Source: a bacterium (lineage in GTDB: Bacteria; Patescibacteriota; CPR2; UBA1875; JAJYID01). From it: a stretch of 64,000 nt of DNA. This document shows positions 9,421-20,977 of this stretch, in pieces. A program made the position numbers and the translations under genes. Position 1 is the first letter of the stretch. Each line of letters begins with the position of its first letter. Under the pieces are notes generated by a model that was not told where the DNA came from, searched no databases, and was given only the letters and a program-made list of their open reading frames with translations. The stretch lies in NCBI GenBank assembly GCA_021787535.1, contig JAJYLR010000001.1:147648-211647 (forward strand), read 5' to 3'.

Positions 9421-9696
9421 GTGAAACACTTGTCAGCTGGACTTCAGGATAAAAGAGATGATCAAGATGAAAGAAGTACAAAGCTAGTTGAGTATATCAA
9501 ACTAGTGAAAGGAGCAGTTTGGGAGACCAGGGGCGACAGATACGCAGAAAAAAACTCGGAGTCGGCCAAAAAAGCGAAGAAAATTGCGCTTGATCTCATG
9601 ATAGGCCTTGAGGAGACAGAGCGAAAAGCTTTAACCCAAGAGTTAAACAGCGTCTGGGAGGCCGCTATACATGCATATAAAGCACGTAAAAACTAA
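9421..9696 (+). CDS. hypothetical small protein
   Basis: ORF with GGAGGAGGTG RBS immediately before GTG 9421; no recognisable domain. Confidence 0.3.
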   Translation: MKHLSAGLQDKRDDQDERSTKLVEYIKLVKGAVWETRGDRYAEKNSESAKKAKKIALDLMIGLEETERKALTQELNSVWEAAIHAYKARKN

Positions 9697-9770
9697 AGCC
9701 GAGGGGTAGGCGTCTTTTAAAGAAATCAATTGATTTGTTTTACAAAGGCGCCTTTTACTTTGGCTAGGGG

Positions 9771-9798
9771 TTGAAAAATTATTATTTTCCAGTATAAT
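9771..9798 (+). promoter_or_regulatory. sigma70-like promoter TTGAAA-16-TATAAT
   Basis: read from sequence. Confidence 0.5.
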
Positions 9799-9846
9799 CA
9801 CCATAAGTGTAACTTGTTTTATTGTGCCTCAACCGAGAGAGGGAAC

Positions 9847-10194
9847 GTGACAGATTTTCAAGGAATTGACGTAATTGTCGATGAGTTCATATGGTCGCAT
9901 GGAAGCTTGCTACCGTTTGCCAGCAAGTTAAATGACCTGGGGAAAAAGTGGTCTAAGCTCATAGCTGTTATCGAACGGCAACCTTCTAGCAGCACTGAAC
10001 CAATACTAACACCAGATGACTTGGTAGATCTTCTGTTAGATGTTTCTGCGCTTTTGCTGGAGATTGGCGAAAGAGTCAGTGTATCTGAGCCAGAGGAAAG
10101 AGAAAAAAGAGAGCTGCTGAGCATACTGAAGATTCTATTCATGGCTGGTTTGAATAGGCAAAGGAGGAATGTAGAGGATACTTCGAGTCTTTGA
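9847..10194 (+). CDS. hypothetical protein
   Basis: ORF downstream of strong sigma70-like promoter (9771-9798); GTG start after GAGAGAGGGAA RBS; no recognisable domain. Confidence 0.3.
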   Translation: MTDFQGIDVIVDEFIWSHGSLLPFASKLNDLGKKWSKLIAVIERQPSSSTEPILTPDDLVDLLLDVSALLLEIGERVSVSEPEEREKRELLSILKILFMAGLNRQRRNVEDTSSL

Positions 10195-10210
10195 CCAGTG
10201 GGGAGGTCTT

Positions 10211-10540
10211 GTGGAAAAAGTGTACGGATCGGCAGATTTTTCGGAGCTTGAATTCTACGAAGATGAGCTAGATATCCTGCCTCGAACGAAGATCATCTTT
10301 GCAGGTTCCTATCACCCTCGAATGAATTCATTAATTCGCGCATTGATCGCGAGACATAGGTTAAGCCGGCAAGAGCTTGCAAACTCAATGATGCTCTATG
10401 CTCTTGTGACAGACGGGCAAGGGACAAAGGTTTACGGACTAGGCAGTGAGTTCGATATCCCCGGCTTTTATCGCTTCCTTCAGGGGTTTAGCGGTCCTGT
10501 GAAGATGGTTCTGGCAATCGGTTCAAAAAGTTATGACTAG
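10211..10540 (+). CDS. hypothetical protein
   Basis: ORF with GGGGAGG RBS, followed by rho-independent terminator. Confidence 0.3.
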   Translation: MEKVYGSADFSELEFYEDELDILPRTKIIFAGSYHPRMNSLIRALIARHRLSRQELANSMMLYALVTDGQGTKVYGLGSEFDIPGFYRFLQGFSGPVKMVLAIGSKSYD

Positions 10541-10556
10541 GGGGTTTCAAAAGAGG

Positions 10557-10588
10557 GGGCGGTGCAGTTATGGCCGCCCTTTTAGAAT
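10557..10588 (+). terminator. rho-independent terminator (GGGCGG...CCGCCC + TTTTA)
   Basis: GC-rich hairpin followed by T tract. Confidence 0.6.
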
Positions 10589-10648
10589 CCCTTTATTTAT
10601 AGTAGTATTTTAGTTGGTAAGTTTTTTAGTTTTTAAGTTGCTAAGATT

Positions 10649-12613
10649 ATGAATTCAAATAAACTAAGGCAAAAATTTCTGAAATTTTTTGAGGAGAAGG
10701 GGCACAAGGTTATCTCTTCAGCTTCGCTCGTGCCTGAAAACGACCCCTCGGTGCTTTTTACAACCGCCGGCATGCATCCGCTCGTGCCATATCTCATGGG
10801 TGAGAAACATCCGCTTGGGAAGAGATTAGTTGACATTCAGAAGTGTATTCGCACCGGTGACATCGACGAGGTTGGCGATATTCAGCACATGACATTCTTT
10901 GAGATGCTTGGCTACTGGTCGCTTGGCGATTACTTTAAAAAAGAATCCATTCACTACACCTATGATTTTTATACAAAAGTTCTGGGCATTGACGGCGATA
11001 AAATCTCTGTGACGGTGTTTAAAGGAGATAATGACGCACCGTTTGACCAAGAGTCGTATGACACTTGGAAAGCAATTGGTATTCCTGAAGATAGAATATA
11101 TAAATATCCTAAAAAAGAAAACTGGTGGGGGCCGGTCACAGATACGGGACCGTGCGGACCTTGCACTGAAATGTTTATCGATACCGGACTAGAATCCTGT
11201 GGGCCGGACTGCGGACCTTCGTGCAACTGCGATAAATTCGTCGAAATAGGCAACAACGTTTTCATGGAATATTTCAAAAACCACGAAGGGAAGTTCGAGA
11301 AGCTGGAGCAGAAAAATGTCGATGTCGGACTTGGCTTTGAACGGCTGGTAATGATTGTGAATGAGCTCGATACCGTATTTGAGACGGATCTTTTCACCGG
11401 TATTATCGGGAAAATTAAAGAGCTGGCTTCTCCTTCTGTCATTCCCGCGCAGGCGGGAATCCAGACGGAATCTAAGGAAAATTCCATCCGTGTAATCGCC
11501 GACCATATGCGGGCGGCAACGATGGCGATAGCGGATGAGGTAGAGCCGTCTAATCTGGATAGGGGTTATGTGGTTCGCAGGTTGATCCGTCGCTCTATCC
11601 GTCACGGAAGACTTATCGGAATTGAGGGCAAATTTACGGCAGAAATAGCCAAAGAAGTAGTGAAGTCACTAGGCGATGTCTATCCTGAACTTAAAGATAA
11701 TGAAGAATTTATTTACTCGGAACTTGATAAGGAAGAGGAGAAGTTTAATGACCTAATCATTAAAATAAAACCTAAGGAGAATAAAAGAGTAGAAATAAGA
11801 AAAAGGCTAGAAAAAGAAATCATAGATGCTGATAAAAAATGGATACTCGATGATACAAAAGTTGCTGGTATCAAATTTGATGACTTGAACGAGGAATATC
11901 AGAAGAGCCCAAGAAAATTCGTTACAACTGTTTCTGGGGCGATGGCCTTTAGGATGGAAACCACACATGGTTGGCCCAGTGATTTGTATTTTGAAGATAT
12001 TGCCGAGAAATTGATTAGTGAAGAACCAAGTAAAAGTATTACTATCGAAAAAAAAATTAGTGAAGAAAAAAAGGCGTATGAAGAGTTTGTAAAAAAGCAC
12101 CAGGAATTATCCAGAAAAGGCGCCGAGAAAAAGTTTAAAGGCGGGCTTGGTGAGGTTTCTGAGAAAACCATTAAATATCACACGGCTACTCATTTATTGC
12201 ACGAGGCGCTCAGACAGGTGCTTGGCAATCACGTCTACCAGAAAGGGTCGAATATTACAGCAGAAAGAATGCGGTTTGACTTTACCCATCCGGACAAAAT
12301 GACCGATGAAGAAAAAAAGAAGGTCGAAGATATTGTAAACGAACAGATTCAGGCCAAGTTACCGGTTATTGAAACCATTACGACCGTGGAAGAGGCGAAA
12401 GGTGAGGGAGCGATCGGACTTTTTGAAGCCAAATACGGAGAAAAAGTGAAAGTTTACTCGATCGGCGGGCCACTCGATTCGCCTGATGCATTTTCCAAGG
12501 AAATCTGTGGCGGCCCGCATGTCAAAAACACCGGCGAACTCGGCCATTTCAGGATTAAAAAAGAGGAATCAAGTTCTAAGGGAGTAAGGCGCATTAAAGC
12601 CGTTTTGGAGTAA
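10649..12613 (+). CDS. alaS: alanyl-tRNA synthetase (short form lacking C-Ala domain)
   Basis: class II AlaRS catalytic core (FTTAGM, GDIDEVG) and editing domain HxxxH (HTATHLLHEALR), CGGPHV; 654 aa; contains in-frame palindromic repeat at 11438-11466. Confidence 0.9.
   Translation: MNSNKLRQKFLKFFEEKGHKVISSASLVPENDPSVLFTTAGMHPLVPYLMGEKHPLGKRLVDIQKCIRTGDIDEVGDIQHMTFFEMLGYWSLGDYFKKESIHYTYDFYTKVLGIDGDKISVTVFKGDNDAPFDQESYDTWKAIGIPEDRIYKYPKKENWWGPVTDTGPCGPCTEMFIDTGLESCGPDCGPSCNCDKFVEIGNNVFMEYFKNHEGKFEKLEQKNVDVGLGFERLVMIVNELDTVFETDLFTGIIGKIKELASPSVIPAQAGIQTESKENSIRVIADHMRAATMAIADEVEPSNLDRGYVVRRLIRRSIRHGRLIGIEGKFTAEIAKEVVKSLGDVYPELKDNEEFIYSELDKEEEKFNDLIIKIKPKENKRVEIRKRLEKEIIDADKKWILDDTKVAGIKFDDLNEEYQKSPRKFVTTVSGAMAFRMETTHGWPSDLYFEDIAEKLISEEPSKSITIEKKISEEKKAYEEFVKKHQELSRKGAEKKFKGGLGEVSEKTIKYHTATHLLHEALRQVLGNHVYQKGSNITAERMRFDFTHPDKMTDEEKKKVEDIVNEQIQAKLPVIETITTVEEAKGEGAIGLFEAKYGEKVKVYSIGGPLDSPDAFSKEICGGPHVKNTGELGHFRIKKEESSSKGVRRIKAVLE
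11438..11466 (-). repeat. hairpin repeat inserted in frame in alaS (reverse orientation; encodes VIPAQAGIQ)
   Basis: GTCATTCCCGCGCAGGCGGGAATCCAG = reverse complement of CTGGATTCCCGC...GCGGGAATGAC family consensus. Confidence 0.75.
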
Positions 12614-12695
12614 ACATTTACCAAGGTATGCCAAGGTACAGTACCTTGGCAAGATTATAAGATAAATTGCAGCTCTCTCTATTCGCTAAATCTTA

Positions 12696-12725
12696 TTGGA
12701 CAATATGGGCTAAAGTCTTTACAAT
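12696..12725 (+). promoter_or_regulatory. promoter TTGGAC-18-TACAAT upstream of ftsA-like gene
   Basis: read from sequence. Confidence 0.4.
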
Positions 12726-12734
12726 GAAACAGTA

Positions 12735-14003
12735 ATGAAAGAGTTAATTTCGAACGTTTCGAATGCCCTAAAAAGGAGGCCCAAAGACCCCGTTTATGTC
12801 GCTCTTGATGTAGGAACGGAGTTTGTTAAGGCCTTTGTCTTCAAAATCGAAAACGGCAAAGCGGTCATTAGCGGGGTAGGGCGGCAGCGCCAAAGATTAG
12901 GCGATATGCACGGCGGAGCAGTAACGGATATTTCTGGTGTGGTTGAAAACTGCGCCAAAGCGCTCGATAGAGCAGAGGAAATGGCCGGTGTAATCAGCGA
13001 CTTTGCAGTTATCGGTATCGCCGGCGAACTGGTCAAAGGGACAACGACTACCGTTCATTATGAGCGCCTGAAACCGAAAACAAAGATTGATTATAACGAA
13101 CTGAAAAACATTGTGAACAAAGTCCAGTGGAAGGCCTTCGATGCTGCCCGCCAGCAGCTGGCATGGGAAACCGGTCACGAGGAAGTTGATGTGAAATTGG
13201 TCAATGCCTCGATTGTCGATGTTAAAATTGATGGCTACAGAGTGACTAATCCAATGGGCTTTCAAGGCAAAGATGTCAGTATCGGAGTGTTTAACGCCTT
13301 TGCGCCGCTTGTGCATCTGGGCGCACTTCAGACAATTGCATCTGACCTCGATCTTGAACTTCTTTCCATTGCTGCCGAACCATATGCGGTGGCTAAGAGT
13401 GTAGGCAGTGAGGAAGCGGGAGAGTTCAGCGCTATCTTTATCGATATTGGCGGCGGAACTTCTGATGTGGCGGTGGTCCGAAACGGCGGTCTGGAAGGAA
13501 CGAAAATGTTTGCCATTGGTGGCCGGAGCTTTACCAAAAGATTATCGCAAGTTTTAAACTTATCCTTTTCCAAAGCTGAAAACATCAAACTTGCTTATTC
13601 AAAAGGCGAGCTTGAAAAAGAAAGCGAGAAAACAATCAAAGAAGCCCTGGAGGCGGATGCTGACGTTTGGCTTTCCGGTATTGAACTTTCGCTTAGCGAG
13701 TTTTCAAATATTGACCTTCTGCCGTCGAGAATCATGCTTTGCGGCGGCGGCTCGGCGCTGCCTGAGATTAAAAAAGCTTTGGAAAAACCGGGTTGGTACA
13801 AGGATCTGCCCTTTGCCAAAAAACCGCAGGTGAGTTTTATTAAGCCCGAGGAAGTTAATCATTGTGTAGATAAAACCGGCCAGATCAAAAATCAGCAGGA
13901 CATCACTCCGATGGGGTTAGCTAATCTGGCTTTGAATATTGAAGAAGAGGAAGGAGTCTTGCCGGGGATATTGACCAAGGTGGCAAAGGCGATGCAAAAT
14001 TGA
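12735..14003 (+). CDS. ftsA: FtsA-like actin-family ATPase (FtsA/PilM superfamily)
   Basis: VALDVGTEFVK N-terminal phosphate-1 motif, DIGGGTSDVAVV phosphate-2, 422 aa as FtsA; no ftsZ adjacent. Confidence 0.5.
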   Translation: MKELISNVSNALKRRPKDPVYVALDVGTEFVKAFVFKIENGKAVISGVGRQRQRLGDMHGGAVTDISGVVENCAKALDRAEEMAGVISDFAVIGIAGELVKGTTTTVHYERLKPKTKIDYNELKNIVNKVQWKAFDAARQQLAWETGHEEVDVKLVNASIVDVKIDGYRVTNPMGFQGKDVSIGVFNAFAPLVHLGALQTIASDLDLELLSIAAEPYAVAKSVGSEEAGEFSAIFIDIGGGTSDVAVVRNGGLEGTKMFAIGGRSFTKRLSQVLNLSFSKAENIKLAYSKGELEKESEKTIKEALEADADVWLSGIELSLSEFSNIDLLPSRIMLCGGGSALPEIKKALEKPGWYKDLPFAKKPQVSFIKPEEVNHCVDKTGQIKNQQDITPMGLANLALNIEEEEGVLPGILTKVAKAMQN

Positions 14004-14093
14004 TAAGAAATGTCGGAAATGTTAGAGTTGTTGGAGATGTTGGTTGGAGCAAAACAAACAATTCCATCAACTAGAACAATTTAAACAAATCAA

Positions 14094-15728
14094 ATGGATA
14101 ACAAAATATTATATCTGGAAATAGACGAGGAGATAACTTCGGTCATTGATCGGCTAAAAAAGACAGCTGAAACCGAGATTCATTTAGTGGTTCCGAAAGA
14201 AGCGGCGCTGCTACAGAGTATTGTGAATTTAAAACTGCTCAAGAAACAGGCCGACTCTTTAGGCAAAGAGATCCAAATTATCACTCACGACAAAGTCGGC
14301 CGAAATCTGGCCGAGCAAGTCGGCATTCACTCGGTATCTAAAATAGGCGAACCGGTCAAGAAGGCGGCTTCTGTTATGGCAGAACCGGCAAATGAAATTA
14401 AATTTAAAGAACGTGAGCCGGTGGTGCAAGATACGCAGGAAGTAGTTTTCAAAAAAGGGTCGTTGCTTGATAAAGATGAACCTTTGAAAGAACCGGCTAA
14501 AGAAGCAAAACCGGTCAAAAGCGGGAATAAAGAAGTTCAGAAAAAGAAAATGAGCGAGTTACTCCCTAAGTTTCCGCACAAAAAATTTCTTATCATCGCT
14601 TCCGTTGTCGGCTTGGTACTTTTAATTTTTCTCTATATCTTTATTCCAATGGCAAATATTACTTTGAAAATAGCCGCCGAACAGAAGAATATGAAAGCTG
14701 ATTTTACTATTGATAAAAACGCAAGCGGTATCGATAACGGCTCTCAGAAGATACCCGGAGATCTTATTTCAGTTAATAAATCAGAGACTAAAACTTATCA
14801 GGCGACCGGCAAGAAAAATGTCGGCACTCAAGCTTCAGGTACCGTTACCGTGAAAAATACTTATAGTACTGTCTCGCAGACTTTGGTAGCCGGCACTAGA
14901 TTTGAGGCAAACGGGCTAGTCTTTAGAACTCAGTCCGATGTGAGTGTGCCGGGCTACAGCGATTCCGGCGGAGGTAATATCACACCTGGGACGGCTAATG
15001 TCAGCGTTTTAGCTGACAGTCCTGGCGATCAGTATAATATCTCGTCATCGGATTTTCGCATTCCGGCTTTTGCCGGTACGGCCGAATATGACAAGATGAC
15101 CGGGGCAAGCGCCGGCCAAATGTCGGGAGGTACTACAAAAAATGTTAATGTAGTCACGGATTCTGACATCTCAAATGCCAGAAATTCCTTTGCCGGTGAC
15201 GCCAAAAGTGATATTCAAAAAGATGGGCAAGATAAGATGAAATCCGGTGAAACCGTGGATGACAAAGCTCAGAAGATGCAGGTTAGCAGCATTACGGCTT
15301 CAAAAAACGCCGGTGATGAAGCAGATAACTTTACGCTTTCAGCCAATGTATCTTATGAAGCCCTTGCTTACAAAAAAGACGATCTCAACAAGCTTGTGTA
15401 CGATAATTTGAAAAGCCAGACCGGTCCGGGCAAACAAATTCTCGAGGATAAACTTGATAATGTTGATATCACAGTGAATAATGTCAATCTCGAAGAAGGT
15501 ACGGTTTCCGGCCAAGCAGCTGCCTCGGTTCATTTGGGCACTAAAATCGACCAAAATCAGGTCAAAACCGAAATAGCGGGGGAGGGTGAGCGTAAAGCCA
15601 AAGCATATCTTTCCGGCCTTGACGGAGTTGATAGCGTAGATATTAAATATTTTCCGGGCTTTATCAAAAGTATTCCTCGCATCAAAAGCCATATCTATAT
15701 CAAAACGAACTTCGAAGAAAAACAGTAA
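14094..15728 (+). CDS. hypothetical bitopic membrane protein (cytoplasmic N-domain, one TM, large Ser/Thr/Gly-rich extracytoplasmic domain)
   Basis: TM helix FLIIASVVGLVLLIFLYIFIP at ~aa 165; no known motif. Confidence 0.4.
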   Translation: MDNKILYLEIDEEITSVIDRLKKTAETEIHLVVPKEAALLQSIVNLKLLKKQADSLGKEIQIITHDKVGRNLAEQVGIHSVSKIGEPVKKAASVMAEPANEIKFKEREPVVQDTQEVVFKKGSLLDKDEPLKEPAKEAKPVKSGNKEVQKKKMSELLPKFPHKKFLIIASVVGLVLLIFLYIFIPMANITLKIAAEQKNMKADFTIDKNASGIDNGSQKIPGDLISVNKSETKTYQATGKKNVGTQASGTVTVKNTYSTVSQTLVAGTRFEANGLVFRTQSDVSVPGYSDSGGGNITPGTANVSVLADSPGDQYNISSSDFRIPAFAGTAEYDKMTGASAGQMSGGTTKNVNVVTDSDISNARNSFAGDAKSDIQKDGQDKMKSGETVDDKAQKMQVSSITASKNAGDEADNFTLSANVSYEALAYKKDDLNKLVYDNLKSQTGPGKQILEDKLDNVDITVNNVNLEEGTVSGQAAASVHLGTKIDQNQVKTEIAGEGERKAKAYLSGLDGVDSVDIKYFPGFIKSIPRIKSHIYIKTNFEEKQ

Positions 15729-15743
15729 TCCTTAAAATTTCCA

Positions 15744-16193
15744 ATGACCAATCAATTTTCAAATTTTAAATTTCCAAAAAATATTAAGGCAGTAGCGCTT
15801 GATGTCGGGGAAAAAAGGATCGGAATTGCATACAGTGAAGATGGCATATTTGCGTTTCCTTTGAAAACCGTGCCTGCCGGTAATATTGCAGCGGAGATTT
15901 TGCAAATTGCAGAGGGAGGATCCCTTGAACGCATTATCATCGGGCTTCCCAGGAATATGGACGGATCGCTGGGATTTCAGACTGATAAGGTCAAGTCATT
16001 TGTGAGTGATAATCTGGCAAAATATCTGGATTTAGTGGAATATATCGATGAGACGGCTACAAGCGTTGAAGCGGCAGATCTTATGCGGGTTGAAGGCAAA
16101 GATCCCCGTAAAAATCCAGGGCTAATCGATGCGTATTCGGCTAAAATTATCCTTGAAGATTGGATTAGCAAAGTGAAAGGAAAAAACAAATGA
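15744..16193 (+). CDS. ruvX: Holliday-junction resolvase-like YqgF/RuvX
   Basis: ALDVGEKRIGIAYSE... RNase H-like YqgF signature, 149 aa. Confidence 0.8.
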   Translation: MTNQFSNFKFPKNIKAVALDVGEKRIGIAYSEDGIFAFPLKTVPAGNIAAEILQIAEGGSLERIIIGLPRNMDGSLGFQTDKVKSFVSDNLAKYLDLVEYIDETATSVEAADLMRVEGKDPRKNPGLIDAYSAKIILEDWISKVKGKNK

Positions 16194-17239
16194 ATTTCAG
16201 TGAAGTCCCGGAAGTTAAAGAAAACAAACTGCTTACAAAAAAGCGCATTCTGCTTTTTCTCCTGGGCTTATTTGTTATTTTAGTTTTATTAGCCGGCGTA
16301 TTAGCTGCTCAATATATTCATTCGGCTCTTTACGAACCGGTCTCTTCGAGTAATGAGACTGTAAAATTTACGATCACAAAAGGCGAGGGAACCCGCAATA
16401 TTGCCGAGGAACTAGAGAAGCAACATCTGATCAAGAGTTCTCTTGTATTTATCGGTTATTTGAAGTATTCAAACCGTAAGATAAGCGTTCAAGTCGGGGA
16501 TTATGCGATTCATAGAAATTCTACTATGATTCAAATTATTGACAAATTTGCCAAAGGGGATGTGATAACTACTAAAATAACCATTCCGGAGGGATGGACG
16601 GACCAGCAAATTGAAGACTATCTAGTGAAGAAAGGCATCACAACTCAGGCGGATTTTAAAAGCGCTCTCAAAAAGGATTACGGCTTTGATTTCCTAAAAA
16701 AGAGTCCGGACGGTTCTCTTCAAGGTTTTCTCTATCCTGATACATATATTCTCTCATCCAAACCCACAGCCGAGGAAGCCATTTTTAAAATGCTTGCGGA
16801 ATTCCAAAAAAAAGCTGATCCTGAGATTAGAGCCAAAATGGGCGCAGAGCAGCTGTCTTATTATCAAGTTTTGACTTTGTCATCAATAGTTGAAAGGGAA
16901 GTTCAGACCAAGGCAGATAAAAAGGCGGTGGCAGGAATATTTTTAAACCGCCTAAGTATAGATATGAATCTGGATTCTTGCGCCACAGTGCAATATGTTC
17001 TGGGCACGAACAAAAAAATTCTCTCAGATCAGGATATAGCTGTAGACTCGCCTTATAATACTTACCTCAACAAGGGACTGCCGCCGGGTCCAATAGCCAA
17101 TCCGGGCATGGATTCTATCGAAGCGGTCCTCAACCCGGCAAAAACAGACTACTTCTATTTCTTTACCGGCAAAGACGGCAAAACTTACTTTTCAAAAACA
17201 GCTGAAGAGCATGAGGCAAAAAAGGCCAAATACTTGTAA
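16190..17239 (+). CDS. mltG: endolytic murein transglycosylase MltG (YceG family)
   Basis: N-terminal TM, TIPEGWTDQQIEDYL and GLPPGPIANPG YceG motifs. Confidence 0.8.
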   Translation: MNFSEVPEVKENKLLTKKRILLFLLGLFVILVLLAGVLAAQYIHSALYEPVSSSNETVKFTITKGEGTRNIAEELEKQHLIKSSLVFIGYLKYSNRKISVQVGDYAIHRNSTMIQIIDKFAKGDVITTKITIPEGWTDQQIEDYLVKKGITTQADFKSALKKDYGFDFLKKSPDGSLQGFLYPDTYILSSKPTAEEAIFKMLAEFQKKADPEIRAKMGAEQLSYYQVLTLSSIVEREVQTKADKKAVAGIFLNRLSIDMNLDSCATVQYVLGTNKKILSDQDIAVDSPYNTYLNKGLPPGPIANPGMDSIEAVLNPAKTDYFYFFTGKDGKTYFSKTAEEHEAKKAKYL

Positions 17240-17325
17240 TTGTAAGATGTTCAAATTATTGGAATTGTTATATTCAGATTAAGCTGACAACTCCGTTATA
17301 TTCAACATTTTAAACGATCTATTGA

Positions 17326-17355
17326 TTGACAAAAGACATGTATTTCGGTTATACT
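17326..17355 (+). promoter_or_regulatory. promoter TTGACA-17-TTATAC(T) upstream of LysM-CHAP gene, with ~90-nt hairpin-containing leader
   Basis: read from sequence. Confidence 0.45.
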
Positions 17356-17445
17356 CATGTGCGTATCTTTATGGGCTTGCTTGTTTGATACAAGAAAAAG
17401 AAAGTCTCAAAACTTGAGATAAAGTTTGGACAAATCTTTCAAAAA

Positions 17446-18609
17446 ATGAAAAAGATCAGAACATTTTTATATGGGCGGAAAAATATTTTTTCGCTGGCAA
17501 GATTGCAGAATGAGGGTAATATACTAAGTTGGCTTTATAGAACAGCTGCTTCTTCCTGTAGTATTTTTAGAAGGCCTACCCGCCTTTTTTCTCATTATGC
17601 AGTGCTTTTTATATTTGCTTTAGTACTGATGATGGGTATTTTAGTGAAACCGGCAGACAATAAACGAGGCAAGAACCCTTATCTTTTCAACACGGCCGAT
17701 GAACAGGTCAATGAAATGACCTATAGGCAGTCTGTGGCGACAATCGGCAGTATAGTTGACGACAAAATCGGCCAGCAGGCATATGAACTAGCTCAAAAAA
17801 AGAATACTGCTCCGGTCCTCGCGGTAGCCGGCAATGGATTTGTAGCCCAGCCCACTTTGTCTGAGGCAAGGCAGCCAACCGATAAGCCCAAAAATGATGT
17901 TCAGGAATATATCGTGCAAGATGGTGATACTCTTTCGATTATCGCCAGCAACTATGGTTTAACCACCGATACACTTAGATGGGCGAACGGTATTGATGAT
18001 CCTGATTCTGTCAAACCTGGACAGAAACTTCTCATCCCGCCGGTAAATGGCGTGCTTTATGTCGCTCAAGCTGGGGATACGACTGATTCTATCGCTGGCA
18101 AATTTAGCGCTAGTGCTTCCATGATTGTTGCTCAAAATGATTTGTATGGCGAGGATATAAAAGCTGGAATGCGCATCATGGTCCCTGACGGTATCGGACC
18201 GGAAGTGCCAAAACCGGCTCCGGCACCGGAACCTGAGCCATCGAGTGTACCGCAACCGGTCATGGTTGCATCGGCAACGCCTAAATATTATTCTGGCTCT
18301 TCATATAACAGATTCCCCTACGGCTGGTGTACTTACTACGTTGCCAGCCGCAGAAACGTGCCGTGGAGTGGTAATGCAGGTGACTGGTACTGGAATGCCA
18401 GATCTATGGGTTACTCGGTAGGCAGAGCGCCGGCTGCGGGAGCAATTATGGTGACCGGCGAATCCGGCTGGGGGCATGTGGCGTATGTTGAAGGCGTAAA
18501 CAGCAACGGCAGCTGGACTGTATCGGAAATGAACTATAACGGCTGGGGCGTAGTTGATCATAGAACTATTTCTCCGGGGCAGGTGCCGCTGATAGGATTC
18601 ATTTATTAA
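17446..18609 (+). CDS. cell-wall hydrolase with two LysM domains and C-terminal CHAP domain
   Basis: two LysM repeats (YIVQDGDTLSIIA..., YVAQAGDTTDSIA...), CHAP catalytic Cys (GWCTYYV) and His (GHVAYVEGV). Confidence 0.7.
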   Translation: MKKIRTFLYGRKNIFSLARLQNEGNILSWLYRTAASSCSIFRRPTRLFSHYAVLFIFALVLMMGILVKPADNKRGKNPYLFNTADEQVNEMTYRQSVATIGSIVDDKIGQQAYELAQKKNTAPVLAVAGNGFVAQPTLSEARQPTDKPKNDVQEYIVQDGDTLSIIASNYGLTTDTLRWANGIDDPDSVKPGQKLLIPPVNGVLYVAQAGDTTDSIAGKFSASASMIVAQNDLYGEDIKAGMRIMVPDGIGPEVPKPAPAPEPEPSSVPQPVMVASATPKYYSGSSYNRFPYGWCTYYVASRRNVPWSGNAGDWYWNARSMGYSVGRAPAAGAIMVTGESGWGHVAYVEGVNSNGSWTVSEMNYNGWGVVDHRTISPGQVPLIGFIY

Positions 18610-18658
18610 GTAATTGTTGTAATTGCTAGCATTGTTCGAGATGATGGATTTGTTATAA

Positions 18659-20014
<1,356 letters not shown>

Positions 20015-20017
20015 CAA

Positions 20018-20737
20018 ATGAAAAAATCGGAAAAATTTGAGGGCATTAATGCCTTGAAAGAGGCAGGTTTGCCGATGGTGCCTTTTACTGTTCTTGAAGA
20101 GAAAATTTTTGAAAAACAAATAAAAGACTTCTTAAAAAAGACTAGGTCAAAAAAATTTATCATTAGGACGGGCAGCACCAAATCAAGTAATTTAATAGGC
20201 ACGCCGGGGTTGGTTGACGCGGAACTTGAAAGGGATAAGGAGAAAATTCAGAAATGGTTTGCTGACGGCTATTTAATCATGGCGATGGCTTATCAAAATA
20301 TTTACAGAAACTCGCATAACTTTAATGTTATGAGATTAGATAAAAAAATTGTTGTGGAAGTTGTTGGCAGGGGTTTTGTATCAAGGGATTTGTGTTTTGA
20401 CGGCCACCTTCACGAGGAAATAGTTTTTGAACCGATAACTTTTGATATTCTCAAAAGAAAAGTTATCAGTCCGGCAAGATATCAAAAATCGAGAGAAAAA
20501 AAGATGAGACAGTTTGGCATAGGGGAGTTAAAGAAAAATAAAAGTTTCTTGTTATCCGATGAAGAATACATTCCTTTAGACGAGCAAAAGATCAAGTTTA
20601 TCAAAGATTCTTATCCTAGATTATCCCGGGCAGCAAAAAAGATGGGTTATAATAACTTTGTTGCAAGTTTTGGATATATGGAGAGGGTCGGGAAAGAACA
20701 TGAACCGATTTTTTGGGATATTTATAGAGTCAGGTAG
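20018..20737 (+). CDS. hypothetical protein
   Basis: 239-aa ORF immediately after obg; no recognisable motif. Confidence 0.35.
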   Translation: MKKSEKFEGINALKEAGLPMVPFTVLEEKIFEKQIKDFLKKTRSKKFIIRTGSTKSSNLIGTPGLVDAELERDKEKIQKWFADGYLIMAMAYQNIYRNSHNFNVMRLDKKIVVEVVGRGFVSRDLCFDGHLHEEIVFEPITFDILKRKVISPARYQKSREKKMRQFGIGELKKNKSFLLSDEEYIPLDEQKIKFIKDSYPRLSRAAKKMGYNNFVASFGYMERVGKEHEPIFWDIYRVR

Positions 20738-20856
20738 AATAAAAAACAGTTACTTAATCGGAAAATTTAAGTTTACCTTAGAATTATGATAACTAAAATT
20801 GTAAGTTAAATATAGTGGTCTAACCTTATATTTGTTTACAAAAAACAAAAGAGAAA

Positions 20857-20891
20857 GGGCTTTCCGGTTCGACTCGGAAAGCCCTTTTTTT
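20857..20891. terminator. bidirectional rho-independent terminator (GGGCTTTCCGG..TCGGAAAGCCC flanked by A- and T-runs)
   Basis: 10-11-bp stem, TTTTTTT downstream, A-run upstream. Confidence 0.7.
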
Positions 20892-20977
20892 ACACCTTGC
20901 AAAGGAGAGCTATATAAAAGAGGTGTATTGGTAGCCCCAACCTCCTTTATAACGCTAATACCTTTTGGTCGCTTCAT

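Noticed and set aside
17360-17445. Riboswitch (for example c-di-AMP/ydaO) in the leader of the LysM-CHAP hydrolase gene
   Set aside because: Leader is only ~90 nt with two simple hairpins; far shorter than known ydaO-class elements and no recognisable conserved core.
20750-20977. 75-aa minus-strand ORF between terminator and GC-rich gene
   Set aside because: Spans a bidirectional terminator hairpin; no RBS; likely non-coding.
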